A stretch of DNA of 32,889 nucleotides, taken from the sequence record SRR20825010_58; one strand, written 5' to 3'. Below the pieces are notes generated by a model. The model was not told the DNA's origin, did not search any database, and saw only the letters and a list, made by a program, of their open reading frames with translations. Below are positions 1 to 9,985 of the stretch, one piece after another (position 1 is the first letter of the stretch; every line of letters starts with the position of its first letter). The position numbers and the translations under genes are program-made.

Positions 1-645
1 CAGGCTCATGATCATGTCCATCTTGTGCTCAATCAGACAGACCGTGACACCGTGATCCACCATCTTGCGAATCAAGGCCGCCAGGTTCTCAGTTTCTTCC
101 GGATTGATCCCGCCAGCCGGTTCATCCAGCAGCACCAACTCGGGATCGGTGGCCAGCGCCAACGCAAATGCCACCCGCTTTTTTTCTTCCTGGCTGATAT
201 CCGCAGTAATGCGGTGGCCGATATGCGACAGACCGACAAAATCCAGCACTTCCTGCGCCCGGGCACGACATTTTTTTTCTTCATCGCGCAGACGTTTGGA
301 ATTAATGATCACATCCCACAGGCGGGACTGGGTGCGCAAACGATGCCCCACGATCAGGTTGTCCAGCACAGTGGATTGATCGAACAACATGGTGGTCTGG
401 AAAGTCCGCGCGATACCCAGCCGGGCAATGCGATCGCAAGCCATGCCGGTAATATCCATGCCTTGATATTCGATGCGACCTTCCGTGGGCGCCATGGCAC
501 CGGCCACCAGATTGAAGAAGGTGCTCTTGCCAGCCCCGTTGGGGCCGATGATCGCGTTGATCTTGTTCGCTTCGAATTCGATGCTGACGTTATTCACCGC
601 CGCCAGGCCACCGAAACGCTTGGTGAGGTTATGAATTTTAAGCAT
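1..645 (-). CDS. livG: Branched-chain amino acid (Liv-type) ABC transporter ATP-binding protein, 3' end truncated by window edge
   Basis: Not in the ORF track because it runs off the edge. Manual translation from ATG 645: MLKIHNLTKRFGGLAAVNNVS...GPNGAGKST (Walker A)...LVLLDEPAGG (Walker B)...LIEHKMD. Start overlaps the livM stop (CATGCTTAA). Confidence 0.9.
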   Translation of the reverse strand, partial: MLKIHNLTKRFGGLAAVNNVSIEFEANKINAIIGPNGAGKSTFFNLVAGAMAPTEGRIEYQGMDITGMACDRIARLGIARTFQTTMLFDQSTVLDNLIVGHRLRTQSRLWDVIINSKRLRDEEKKCRARAQEVLDFVGLSHIGHRITADISQEEKKRVAFALALATDPELVLLDEPAGGINPEETENLAALIRKMVDHGVTVCLIEHKMDMIMSL

Positions 646-1702
646 GGTTCCCGGCCTCCTGCGTGGATGTGGCTGGCGTCTTGTCGGTGGACGTTTTACT
701 GACAGCGGCTTGCTTCGCCGTGTTGGCATCATGGGCGGCCGCAAGACGGCGCCCTCGCCAGGCTAGGAACGAGCCCACCACCCCTTTCGGGAAGAAAATG
801 ACCAGCACCACCAGCATCGGACCGAACACGATCATCCGGTACTCTTCCAGAAACTGCAGCGACTGGGTCAGCCAGGTAATGGCCAGAGTGCCCAGCAGCG
901 GGCCCATCAGGGTGCCGATGCCGCCGACCAACAGGTAGGTAATCATGTCGAAGGTGTGGGTCACTTCCGCTTCCGCCGGGCCGATGAAACGCACCATGCC
1001 AGCATACAGGGCCCCCGCCACACTGGCGTACGTGGTAGACAGCACAAACGCCAGTACCTTGTTACGCATCAGGTTGATCCCCAGCGATGCCGCCAGATCA
1101 TCACTGATACGAATGGCGAGAAAAGTGCGCCCCAGCAAAGAGTGGGCAATGCGTGATGCCAGCCAGATAGACAGCACCATGAATGCCAACGCCAGGTAAT
1201 AGAACGGGGTGGTCTCGGTGAAGTCCACCAGCCCGAAACCGCTCGGCGCAGGGATATTGATAATCCCCAGAGCACCGTGGGTCAGCTCTTCCCACTTATC
1301 CAGCAACAGATAAATGATAAAGCCCACGCACAGAGTGAAAATGGCAAAGTAGTGTTCTTTCAGGCGCAGGGAGATCACCCCCACCAGAAAACCGAGCAGA
1401 GCGCCCACGGCCCCTGCCGCAATAAACGCCGGCCAGAAGGCCCAGCCATGATCCACGGTGAGGATTGCCAGGGTGTACGCGCCGATGGCGAAGAAACCAC
1501 CATGGGCCAGATTCAACTGACCACACAGACCAGTGATGATATTCATGCCATACACGGCAATGGCCCAGACAAACGCCAGTGCCATCACATAGATCTGGTA
1601 CTCGTTGCTCGCCACAAAGGGAAACAACAGCGCCGCAACGATCATGACCATCTTCATGGCCGGAGTCATAAGGAAGTTGGAAATCTTGGTCAGGGCGTTC
1701 AT
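638..1702 (-). CDS. livM: Liv-type ABC transporter permease (LivM-like)
   Basis: Hydrophobic 354 aa; GQLNLAHGGFFAIGAY, LKEHYFAIFTL and VGGIGTLMGP motifs typical of LivM. Confidence 0.9.
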   Translation of the reverse strand: MNALTKISNFLMTPAMKMVMIVAALLFPFVASNEYQIYVMALAFVWAIAVYGMNIITGLCGQLNLAHGGFFAIGAYTLAILTVDHGWAFWPAFIAAGAVGALLGFLVGVISLRLKEHYFAIFTLCVGFIIYLLLDKWEELTHGALGIINIPAPSGFGLVDFTETTPFYYLALAFMVLSIWLASRIAHSLLGRTFLAIRISDDLAASLGINLMRNKVLAFVLSTTYASVAGALYAGMVRFIGPAEAEVTHTFDMITYLLVGGIGTLMGPLLGTLAITWLTQSLQFLEEYRMIVFGPMLVVLVIFFPKGVVGSFLAWRGRRLAAAHDANTAKQAAVSKTSTDKTPATSTQEAGNHA

Positions 1703-2565
1703 TAGTGGACCCCCTTGCTGAACAGGCCGGTAGGCTTAATGGACAGAATCACCACCAACAGAGCAAACGCGATGATGTCTTTGTAATCGGTGGAGATATA
1801 AAAACCACCAAACGCTTCGGCGAAGCCAATAATCAGGCCGCCAACAATGGCGCCGGGAATGGAGCCCATGCCACCGAGGATGATGATCACAAAGGCTTTC
1901 ATGATCAGCAGATGCCCCATGGCCGGGTAGACCAGGTTGATCGGCGCAAACAGGGTTGCCCCCACCGCCGCCAGTGCCCCGGAAATGGCAAAGGTCATCA
2001 TCGCCACCCGGTTGGCATCAATACCGACCAGAAAGGCGCCCTCACGGTTCTGGGCCATGGCCACGATGGTGGAGCCGGTCATGGTTTTCTTCAGGAACAG
2101 GTGCAGCACTGCCATCAGTGAAAATGCACCGGCAATAATCAGCACCCGCTGAGCCGGAATGGTCATGCCGGCAATATCCAGAATCTCGGTATAGGGGGTC
2201 GGCATGCGGCGGAACTCGGCGCCCCACTGCATCTGCACCAGCGCTTCGAGAAACAACATGATGCCGATAGCCGCAATTTTGTCGTGAATCGGCGGCGCAT
2301 CGCGCAACGGATTGAACACCAGCCGTTCACACAGTACCGCCAGCACCGCCACCGCTACTGCAGCCAACAGCATGGCCACCCAGTAGTTCACACCGAAGTC
2401 GACCATGGTGATATACGAGACATAGGCGCCGACCATATACAGCGCCCCGTGAGCAAAATTCGGTACGTGCAGAATGCCGTACACCAGCGTCAGCCCCAGG
2501 GCCACCAGCCCGTAGATGCTGCCCAGCGTCAGGCCATTGAGCACTTGTTGAAAGAACAGTTCCAA
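1702..2565 (-). CDS. livH: Liv-type ABC transporter permease (LivH-like)
   Basis: QQVLNGLTLGSIYGLVALGLTLVYG...NFAHG and ILGGMGSIPGA motifs; TTG start with CAGGAGG RBS; 1-bp overlap with livM start. Confidence 0.9.
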   Translation of the reverse strand: MELFFQQVLNGLTLGSIYGLVALGLTLVYGILHVPNFAHGALYMVGAYVSYITMVDFGVNYWVAMLLAAVAVAVLAVLCERLVFNPLRDAPPIHDKIAAIGIMLFLEALVQMQWGAEFRRMPTPYTEILDIAGMTIPAQRVLIIAGAFSLMAVLHLFLKKTMTGSTIVAMAQNREGAFLVGIDANRVAMMTFAISGALAAVGATLFAPINLVYPAMGHLLIMKAFVIIILGGMGSIPGAIVGGLIIGFAEAFGGFYISTDYKDIIAFALLVVILSIKPTGLFSKGVH

Positions 2566-2758
2566 GGCAAAGCCTCCTGTTTGGGAGAAACCCGCCGGCG
2601 ATATGCCGTCATTCCCTCGCGGTTACAGACCACGTAAGGCACCGGTTTCTCGTTTTGCGTTGTTATTCAGCTCCGCGGAGTAGCGCTTCCGCTTATTGGT
2701 TTATGCTGGAGCTGACTCGGCCTGCCCACCATTAGACAGACCGCTAGGGCAAGCGCCG

Positions 2759-4438
2759 TTACGACGCCTGCTGTGCTTTCTGGCTTTCCCACTCTTGTTC
2801 CTGCAGGGCTCGCCACATCACTTTGCCGGTGGGCGAACGGGGAAGCTCATCGCGAAACTCCACCACATTCGGCACCTTGTAGGCCGCCATTTCCTCTTTA
2901 CACCAATCGATGACGGCCTGCTCGGTGAGCGTGCCTTTCATGTCGGCACTCAGAACCACACACGCCTTCACGCTTTCACCGCGGCGCTCGTGGGGGGTGG
3001 AAATCACGCAGCTTTCCTGGATCGCCGGATGGCGGTACATCAGGCTTTCCACTTCCGCCGGCCATACCTTGAAGCCGGACGCATTGATCATGCGTTTCAC
3101 CCGATCGACGATGAAGAAGTAACCCTCTTCGTCGATGTAGCCCAGGTCACCGGTGCGGAAGAAGCGTTTACCATCCAGTTCGATAAACGCTTTTTGCGTT
3201 TCCTGCGGACGCTTCCAGTAACCCTGGAACACTTGCGGACCATGGGTAACGATCTCGCCCACTTCACCGGGCGCCAGCTCCTTACCGCTTTCCACATCAA
3301 TGATGCGCGAATCGATATCAAACACCGGAATACCCAGGCACTGGGACTTGGGCCGGTCGGTGGGATTGATGTGGGTGCCGGCAATGGTTTCGGACAGGCC
3401 ATAGCCTTCCATATAACGCAGGCCGGTAAGCTTGAAGAGCTTGTCGGATACCGCCGCCGGCATCGCTGCCCCGCCACCGCCGATATTTTCCAGCGACGAC
3501 AGGTCGTAGTTTTCCACTTCCGGGTCGGACAGCAGATCGATGGCCATGGTGACAATGTTCACCCAGCGACTCACCTGATAGCGCTCGATCAGCTTGGCCG
3601 CCACACGGCGGTCCCAGCGCGTCATCAACACCACCAACGAACCGCAGTAAATCGGCGAATTCATGGAACCCTGCATACCGGTCACATGAAAATACGGCAA
3701 CGTAGCCAAGGTGACAGACTCGGTGGTGCCATGACTCCACACCGCCCCCTGCACGCAGGTAGCCATTACCGACGCATGGGTATGCATGCACCCCTTGGGC
3801 GCACCAGTGGTTCCCGAGCTATAGGGGAAGACCGCCAGATCATCCGGGCCGACCAGCAACTCGCTGGGCTGTTTAGCGGCCGCGATAACGTCCTTCCAGG
3901 CCAGGTGTGCCGGATCGGTCAGCGCAACCGCAGGCGTCTCCACTTCGGCAGGCAGGGGCAGGTCCGTGTCACGGACGATGTAGTCGTTGTAGGCCGCCAC
4001 AATCACATGGCGCAGGTTCACCATGCCCACCACCGGCGCAATCGCTGACAGCAACTCCTGGCCACAGATCGCCACAGATGCCTCGGTATCTTCCAGGTAG
4101 TGCTCCAGCTCTGCCGCCCGGTTCATGGGGTTCACCGGCACCACAATGGCATTGGCACGCAGGATGGCGTAATAGCTGATAGTGAACTGGGGGGCGTTCT
4201 GCATGAACAGCAGCACCCGGTCGCCCTTCTCCACGCCCAGTGATTGCAGATAACCCGCCAGGGCATCCACCTGCTGCTTCAACTGGGAAAACGTGATGGG
4301 GCTATCGTAATAATTGATCGCGTCCCGCTGTGGGTAACGCAGTGCAGACACCTCCAGATTGGTATAGAGGCTGGTCTGCGGCAGGCTCAGATGCTTGGGA
4401 ATATTCTCTGGCCAGACCGCATGATGCCGATCAGACAT
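2759..4438 (-). CDS. Long-chain fatty acid/acyl-CoA ligase (AMP-binding family)
   Basis: YSSGTTGAPKG P-loop, GYGLSET, FRTGDLG, DRVKRMI and terminal PTGK lysine motif; GGAGAG RBS. Confidence 0.92.
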   Translation of the reverse strand: MSDRHHAVWPENIPKHLSLPQTSLYTNLEVSALRYPQRDAINYYDSPITFSQLKQQVDALAGYLQSLGVEKGDRVLLFMQNAPQFTISYYAILRANAIVVPVNPMNRAAELEHYLEDTEASVAICGQELLSAIAPVVGMVNLRHVIVAAYNDYIVRDTDLPLPAEVETPAVALTDPAHLAWKDVIAAAKQPSELLVGPDDLAVFPYSSGTTGAPKGCMHTHASVMATCVQGAVWSHGTTESVTLATLPYFHVTGMQGSMNSPIYCGSLVVLMTRWDRRVAAKLIERYQVSRWVNIVTMAIDLLSDPEVENYDLSSLENIGGGGAAMPAAVSDKLFKLTGLRYMEGYGLSETIAGTHINPTDRPKSQCLGIPVFDIDSRIIDVESGKELAPGEVGEIVTHGPQVFQGYWKRPQETQKAFIELDGKRFFRTGDLGYIDEEGYFFIVDRVKRMINASGFKVWPAEVESLMYRHPAIQESCVISTPHERRGESVKACVVLSADMKGTLTEQAVIDWCKEEMAAYKVPNVVEFRDELPRSPTGKVMWRALQEQEWESQKAQQAS

Positions 4439-4601
4439 GACTTACTCTCCCGAATGCAGCCCTACAGGACCGCTTTTATTGTTGATGCCCGGAAAAAGCG
4501 GGCAAAACCGACAAGATCCGGCTAGCGCAGCCTGCTTATCGGTGAATACAAAGTGTTGACTCGCCGGTCAATCTGACACGGCCTACGGAGAGCGTCAATA
4601 C

Positions 4602-4630
4602 TATTTTGGAACTACGTTTCGTTTTTTGAA
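4602..4630 (-). promoter_or_regulatory. Putative promoter/operator of the acyl-CoA ligase-liv operon (motif shared with iclR upstream region)
   Basis: 22/29 identity with 13046-13074; on the minus strand TTTCAA-17bp-CAAAAT resembles a sigma70 promoter. Confidence 0.5.
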
Positions 4631-4770
4631 AACAAATATCACAAAGGGGAAAAGCGGGAAGACAGGGAGGAGGACCAAGAACATACCACCGGGTATGCCC
4701 GAGGCACACACCGGCTATCGGAAATTCGGACAGGTATTTTATTGGCGGGAAACCGTGGCGCCACGCCCCG

Positions 4771-5421
4771 TCAGGCCGGGGCTTCAGCTCCGCCGAGCAG
4801 GAAGGGAGAATGCTGCAGGCTGAACAGGAAGGTATCGACATAATCCGGTGCCGAATCCGCCAGATCAAACATCGACGGATCCAGCAGCCAGTGTACGATC
4901 AAACCGGTGAGCAAGCTGTGCAGCAAGGTCACCGCACGACTAACGTCTAACCCGACCGGCAACTGCCCTCTGGCAATGGCATTTTTGAACGTGGTCTCCA
5001 ACCCGTCAGAGGCATCCCTGCATGCATCCTGCTGACGATGCAGCAGGTCCAGGTTGTCACCGCTGAACTCGCACTTCTGAAAAATAATCTCGAAAACCCG
5101 ACGCTGGGAAGGATCCTGTGCCGCTTGCTGTAACAGATAGACCATAAACTCACGCAAGCGACCGAGCGGATCCACCTCATCATCGGCCCCCGCCCGCTGG
5201 GCCAGGGCCTCGAATGGCAGGCGTCGGCGGTCCGCCATGGCGACGAAAACATCGTGTTTGTTTTTGAAATGCCAGTAAATCGCCCCTCGTGTCACACCCG
5301 CCTCACTGGCAATATCATTCAATGAAGCGGATAACACACCTTTGCGGTGGAATACCTGCTCGGCCGCATCCAGAATCTGGGTACGGGTTTCCATCGCTTC
5401 TGCCTTGGTGCGCCGGACCAT
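4771..5421 (-). CDS. acrR: TetR family repressor, AcrR/TtgR-like
   Basis: MVRRTKAEAMETRTQILDAAEQVF...IASEAGVTRGAIYWHFKNK is the AcrR-type N-terminus/HTH; divergent from the RND operon; start set at ATG 5421 rather than the ORF-track 5481. Confidence 0.88.
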   Translation of the reverse strand: MVRRTKAEAMETRTQILDAAEQVFHRKGVLSASLNDIASEAGVTRGAIYWHFKNKHDVFVAMADRRRLPFEALAQRAGADDEVDPLGRLREFMVYLLQQAAQDPSQRRVFEIIFQKCEFSGDNLDLLHRQQDACRDASDGLETTFKNAIARGQLPVGLDVSRAVTLLHSLLTGLIVHWLLDPSMFDLADSAPDYVDTFLFSLQHSPFLLGGAEAPA

Positions 5422-5476
5422 AGGAGGCTCCCAAATGGAATCAAGAATTTTTTGTGCAAGTTGGCCCACAGGCCTA

Positions 5477-5500
5477 TACATACATTGTCGAATGTATATA
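5477..5500. promoter_or_regulatory. AcrR-type operator palindrome
   Basis: TACATACATT-GTCG-AATGTATATA, a 24-bp inverted repeat between the divergent repressor and pump genes; closely resembles the E. coli acrAB operator as recalled (TACATACATT-N4-AATGTATGTA). Confidence 0.8.
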
Positions 5501-5597
5501 CTGAACCTGATTCATTTTTCATGCAAGCACCACCGGACCGCCTGCACAAGGCCGGTTAGTGGCGTGCTATAGCGTGTTTCCAAGCACTGAGGTGATT

Positions 5598-6812
5598 ATG
5601 CGCAGCGGTTTCATTCTCCCCCTGATAGCAGGTGCACTCGCCCTGCAGCTTAGTGGCTGCGGCGATGCCGGCCAGCCAGGCCAACAACAACAGCAAGCGC
5701 CACAAGCCGGTTTTGTCACGGTAAAAGCCGAGACCATTACCCTGAATCGGGAATTGCCCGGGCGCACCACCGCTCACCAGATCGCCGAAGTGCGGCCACA
5801 GGTCAGCGGCGTGATAGAGAAGCGCCTGTTCGAGGAAGGGCAGGAAGTGGAAGCCGGGCAACCGCTGTACAAGATTGACTCGCGCACCTATCAAGCGGCC
5901 GTGGCCACCGCCAGGGCCGAACTGGCTCGCTCCCAGGCAACACTGAAGTCCAACGACTTGCGCGCCAAGCGCTTCAAGAAACTGCTCGATTACAAAGCCG
6001 TGAGCCAGCAGGAATACGATGAAGCCCAGGCCCAGCTGGATGAAAACAAGGCCGCCGTCGCCGCCGCCCGCGCCAACCTGCAAAGCGCCCAGATCAATCT
6101 GGACTACGCCACCATCGAAGCGCCGATCAGTGGCCGTATCGGCCGCTCCAGCGTCACCGCCGGCGCCCTGGTCACCGCCAACCAGGCCAATACCCTGGCC
6201 ACCATTCGTCAGCTGGATCCGATCTACGTGGACCTGACCCAGTCCAGCAATGAGCTGCGTCAGCTGCGCCAGGCCATGCAGGCCGGTGAGCTCCAGCAAG
6301 TCAGCGACGATGCCGCCCGCATCACCCTGCTTCTGGAAGACGGTAGCGCCTATCCGCAACCCGGTGTGCTGCAGTTCTCGGAGTTCGCCGTGGACGAAAG
6401 CACCGGCTCGGTAACCCTGCGCGCCCTGTTCCCGAACCCGGAAAGTGAGCTGCTGCCCGGCATGTTTGTTCGCGGTCGCCTGCCAGAGGGCCAACGCGAG
6501 GACGCCATTCTGGTTCCCCAGAAAGGCATCACCCGCGATCCGACAGGCCAGGCCTATGCCATGCTGATCGACAGCAATGACCAGGCCAAGAAGGTGAAAG
6601 TCAGCACCGAGCGTGCCGTGAAAAGCCAATGGTTGATCGCTGACGGCCTGAAAGACGGCGATCGTCTGATTGTCGACGGCCTGCAGCGCATTCAGCCCGG
6701 CTCCCCGGTGACCCCCGTGGACACCGAAAAAGCTGACGACGCCGCCGCCCAGCAAGAACAGCCCCAGTCCCCCGCCGAGAACACCGGCGAGGCACAAAGC
6801 GCAGCGCAATAA
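5598..6812 (+). CDS. acrA: RND efflux periplasmic adaptor lipoprotein (AcrA/MexA family)
   Basis: GAGGTG RBS before ATG 5598; lipobox LSGC; ELPGRT, AEVRPQVSG, APISGRIG and QLDPIYVD motifs. Confidence 0.93.
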   Translation: MRSGFILPLIAGALALQLSGCGDAGQPGQQQQQAPQAGFVTVKAETITLNRELPGRTTAHQIAEVRPQVSGVIEKRLFEEGQEVEAGQPLYKIDSRTYQAAVATARAELARSQATLKSNDLRAKRFKKLLDYKAVSQQEYDEAQAQLDENKAAVAAARANLQSAQINLDYATIEAPISGRIGRSSVTAGALVTANQANTLATIRQLDPIYVDLTQSSNELRQLRQAMQAGELQQVSDDAARITLLLEDGSAYPQPGVLQFSEFAVDESTGSVTLRALFPNPESELLPGMFVRGRLPEGQREDAILVPQKGITRDPTGQAYAMLIDSNDQAKKVKVSTERAVKSQWLIADGLKDGDRLIVDGLQRIQPGSPVTPVDTEKADDAAAQQEQPQSPAENTGEAQSAAQ

Positions 6813-6839
6813 CGCGCAACGAAGAGAAACGGGATTCCC

Positions 6840-9800
6840 ATGGCCAGATTTTTTATTGACCGTCCGATTTTCGCCTGGGTTATCGCCATCATCATGATGA
6901 TGGCCGGTGCCCTGGCCATTTACACCCTGCCCATCGAGCAGTACCCCACCGTTGCGCCGCCGCAGGTCTCCATCGCCGGTAACTACCCGGGGGCCTCGGC
7001 GAAAACCGTGGAAGACTCGGTCACCCAGGTGATCGAGCAGCAAATGAACGGGATCGATAATCTGCTGTACATGAGCTCCAGCAGTGACTCTTTCGGTAAT
7101 GCCGCGGTGAACCTGACGTTCGCCCCCGGCACTGACCCGGACATTGCCCAGGTTCAAGTGCAGAACAAACTGCAGCTGGCAACGCCACTGCTGCCCCAGG
7201 AAGTGCAGCAACAAGGCATGCAGGTCACCAAGTCCTCTGACTCCTTCCTCATGGTAGTCGGCTTCACCTCCGAGGATGGCAGCCTGTCACGGGCCGACCT
7301 GGCCGACTATGTAGCCTCCAATGTTCAGGACCCGGTAAGCCGGGTGCCCGGCGTGGGCCAGATCCAGCTATTCGGTTCGCCCTACGCCATGCGCATCTGG
7401 CTGGACCCGAACAAACTGAACAAGTTTGATCTGACCCCCCAGGACATCACCCAGACCATTCAGGTCCAGAACAATCAGGTGGCCAGTGGCCAACTGGGCG
7501 GCGCGCCTGCAGTGGAAGGTCAGCAACTGAACGCCACCATCATCGCCCAGACCCGCCTGGAAGACGTAGACCAGTTCAAGCGCATTCTCCTGAAAGTGAA
7601 CCCGGATGGTTCTCAGGTGTTTCTGGAAGACGTGGCCCGGGTCGAATTGGCCGCCCAGAACTACGATGTACAGGGCCGCTATAACGGTCAGCCCGCGGCT
7701 GGCCTGGCCATCAACCTGGCCACCGGCGCCAACGCCCTGGACACTGCCGAAGCGCTGCGCGCGCGGCTGGCAGAGCTGGAACCCTACTTCCCTGACAAGA
7801 TGGAAATGGTGTTCCCCTACGACACCACACCTTTCGTCAGCATCTCCATCGAAGAAGTGGTGCACACTCTATTCGAGGCCATCATCCTGGTTTTCCTGGT
7901 GATGTACCTGTTCCTGCAGAACTTCCGCGCCACCCTGATTCCGACCCTGGCCGTGCCCGTGGTACTGCTCGGCACCTTTGCCGTATTGGCCGCCTTTGGT
8001 TTCTCCATCAACACCCTGACCATGTTCGGCATGGTGCTGGCCATCGGTCTGCTGGTGGATGACGCCATCGTGGTGGTGGAGAACGTGGAACGGGTGATGC
8101 ACGAGGAAGGCCTGCCTCCCAAGGAAGCCACCCGTAAATCCATGGGCCAGATTACTGGGGCCCTGGTGGGTATCGCCCTGGTGCTCTCGGCCGTCTTCGT
8201 TCCCATGGCCTTCTTCCCCGGTTCCACCGGTGCCATTTACCGTCAGTTCTCCATCACCATTGTGTCTGCCATGGTGCTGTCCGTTCTGGTAGCCCTGATC
8301 CTGACACCGGCTTTGTGTGCCACCATGCTCAAGGCCAAAGACAGCGAACACCAGACCGATCACGGCTTCTTCGGCTGGTTCAACCGTACCTTCGACAAAA
8401 GCAGCCGACGCTATCAGGGCAGCATTGAGAAAATTCTCGGACGCCGTGGTCGTTACCTGTTCATTTACGTGGTCATCGTCGGTGTGCTCGGCTTCAGCTT
8501 CATGCGGTTGCCGTCCAGCTTCCTGCCGGAAGAAGACCAGGGAATTCTGTTCACCCTGGTGACGCTGCCGGCCGGCTCCACTCAGGAGCAAACCGTCGAT
8601 GTACTGAAAAAGATGGAGAACTACTACCTCAACGAAGAATCAGCTGCCGTGGATGGTCTGTTCACTGTGGCCGGCTTCAGCTTCACCGGTCAGGGCCAGA
8701 ACGCCGGCATGGCGTTCGTGAATCTGAAGGACTGGTCAGAACGCGACCTGTCCGTGGACGGCGCGGATAACGTGGTAGGCCGTGCCATGGGGTATTTCTC
8801 GACCATTCGTGAAGCCATGATGTTCGCCCTCAACCCGCCATCGATTCCTGAGCTGGGCAATGCCAGCGGTTTCGATTTCCAGCTGCTGGACCAGTCTGGG
8901 CAGGGCCACGAAGCGCTAATCCAGGCCCGTAACCAGATGCTCGGCATGGCCGCACAGGACCCGCGCCTGGCCGGGGTACGCCCGAATGGTCTGGAAGACA
9001 GCCCGCAGTACCAGATCGACATCGACCAGCAAAAAGCCAAGGCGCTGGGTCTGTCCATCAGCGACATCAACAACACCCTGCAAATTGCCTGGGGCTCCAG
9101 CTACGTGAACAACTTCGTAGACCGCGGTCGGGTTAAGCGGGTGTATGTACAGGCAGACGCGCCCTACCGGATGCTGCCGGAAAACATCAACGACTGGTTT
9201 GTGCGTAATAACCAGGGCGAAATGGTACCGTTCTCGACCTTCGCCACCGGCCACTGGACCTATGGTTCACCCAAGCTGGAACGCTACAACGGCGTATCCT
9301 CAGTAAACATCCAGGGTAACGCGGCACCCGGCTACAGTACTGGTGACGCCATGGATGCCATGGAAGAACTGTCTGCCAAGCTGCCCGCAGGCTTTGGCTT
9401 TGAGTGGACCGGCCTGTCCTATCAGGAGCGACAGTCCGGCGACCAGGCACCGGCCCTGTATGTGATCTCGCTGATCGTGGTATTCCTGTGTCTGGCCGCG
9501 CTTTATGAAAGCTGGTCCATTCCGTTCGCAGTGATGCTGGTGGTGCCACTGGGTGTGATTGGTGCGGTACTGGCCGCCACCTTCCGTGACCTGAACAATG
9601 ACGTTTTCTTCCAGGTGGGGCTGCTGACCACCATCGGGCTCTCGGCGAAAAACGCCATTCTGATTGCAGAATTTGCGTTGGAGCTGGAGCAAAAAGGCGA
9701 ACACCTGCTCAAGGCCACACTGGAAGCCGTGCGCATGCGGCTACGCCCAATTCTGATGACATCACTGGCCTTCATGCTCGGGGTAACCCCGCTGATGATC

Positions 9801-9965
9801 AGCACCGGCGCTGGCGCCGGGGCACGTAACGCCATCGGCACCGGGGTATTCGGCGGCATGCTCACCGCCACCGTCCTCGCCATCTTCTTCATCCCGCTGT
9901 TCTACGTTGCGGTGCGCAAGCTGTCCGGCGTGCCGTTGGACGGCAAGAAGAAAGGCAAAGAGTAA
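6840..9965 (+). CDS. acrB: RND efflux inner-membrane transporter (AcrB/MexB, HAE1)
   Basis: 1041 aa; [14 protein letters not shown] start, [16 protein letters not shown] proton relay, AKNAIL and RLRPILMT motifs. Confidence 0.96.
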   Translation: MARFFIDRPIFAWVIAIIMMMAGALAIYTLPIEQYPTVAPPQVSIAGNYPGASAKTVEDSVTQVIEQQMNGIDNLLYMSSSSDSFGNAAVNLTFAPGTDPDIAQVQVQNKLQLATPLLPQEVQQQGMQVTKSSDSFLMVVGFTSEDGSLSRADLADYVASNVQDPVSRVPGVGQIQLFGSPYAMRIWLDPNKLNKFDLTPQDITQTIQVQNNQVASGQLGGAPAVEGQQLNATIIAQTRLEDVDQFKRILLKVNPDGSQVFLEDVARVELAAQNYDVQGRYNGQPAAGLAINLATGANALDTAEALRARLAELEPYFPDKMEMVFPYDTTPFVSISIEEVVHTLFEAIILVFLVMYLFLQNFRATLIPTLAVPVVLLGTFAVLAAFGFSINTLTMFGMVLAIGLLVDDAIVVVENVERVMHEEGLPPKEATRKSMGQITGALVGIALVLSAVFVPMAFFPGSTGAIYRQFSITIVSAMVLSVLVALILTPALCATMLKAKDSEHQTDHGFFGWFNRTFDKSSRRYQGSIEKILGRRGRYLFIYVVIVGVLGFSFMRLPSSFLPEEDQGILFTLVTLPAGSTQEQTVDVLKKMENYYLNEESAAVDGLFTVAGFSFTGQGQNAGMAFVNLKDWSERDLSVDGADNVVGRAMGYFSTIREAMMFALNPPSIPELGNASGFDFQLLDQSGQGHEALIQARNQMLGMAAQDPRLAGVRPNGLEDSPQYQIDIDQQKAKALGLSISDINNTLQIAWGSSYVNNFVDRGRVKRVYVQADAPYRMLPENINDWFVRNNQGEMVPFSTFATGHWTYGSPKLERYNGVSSVNIQGNAAPGYSTGDAMDAMEELSAKLPAGFGFEWTGLSYQERQSGDQAPALYVISLIVVFLCLAALYESWSIPFAVMLVVPLGVIGAVLAATFRDLNNDVFFQVGLLTTIGLSAKNAILIAEFALELEQKGEHLLKATLEAVRMRLRPILMTSLAFMLGVTPLMISTGAGAGARNAIGTGVFGGMLTATVLAIFFIPLFYVAVRKLSGVPLDGKKKGKE

Positions 9966-9985
9966 GTCCAAGCGGAGTAACCCTC

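Noticed and set aside
25-702. 225-aa plus-strand ORF
   Set aside because: Antisense to the livG frame, which has clear Walker motifs.
2696-4048. 450-aa plus-strand ORF
   Set aside because: Antisense to the well-supported acyl-CoA ligase.
4536-4868. 110-aa ORF between ligase and acrR
   Set aside because: Overlaps the acrR end and the ligase promoter; no RBS or family features.
5683-5697. CAA/CAG run encoding QQQQQ
   Set aside because: Short in-frame flexible linker common after lipoprotein anchors; not a phase-variation tract.
5556-7214. 552-aa minus-strand ORF
   Set aside because: Antisense shadow of acrA/acrB caused by GC-biased codon usage; no recognisable motifs.
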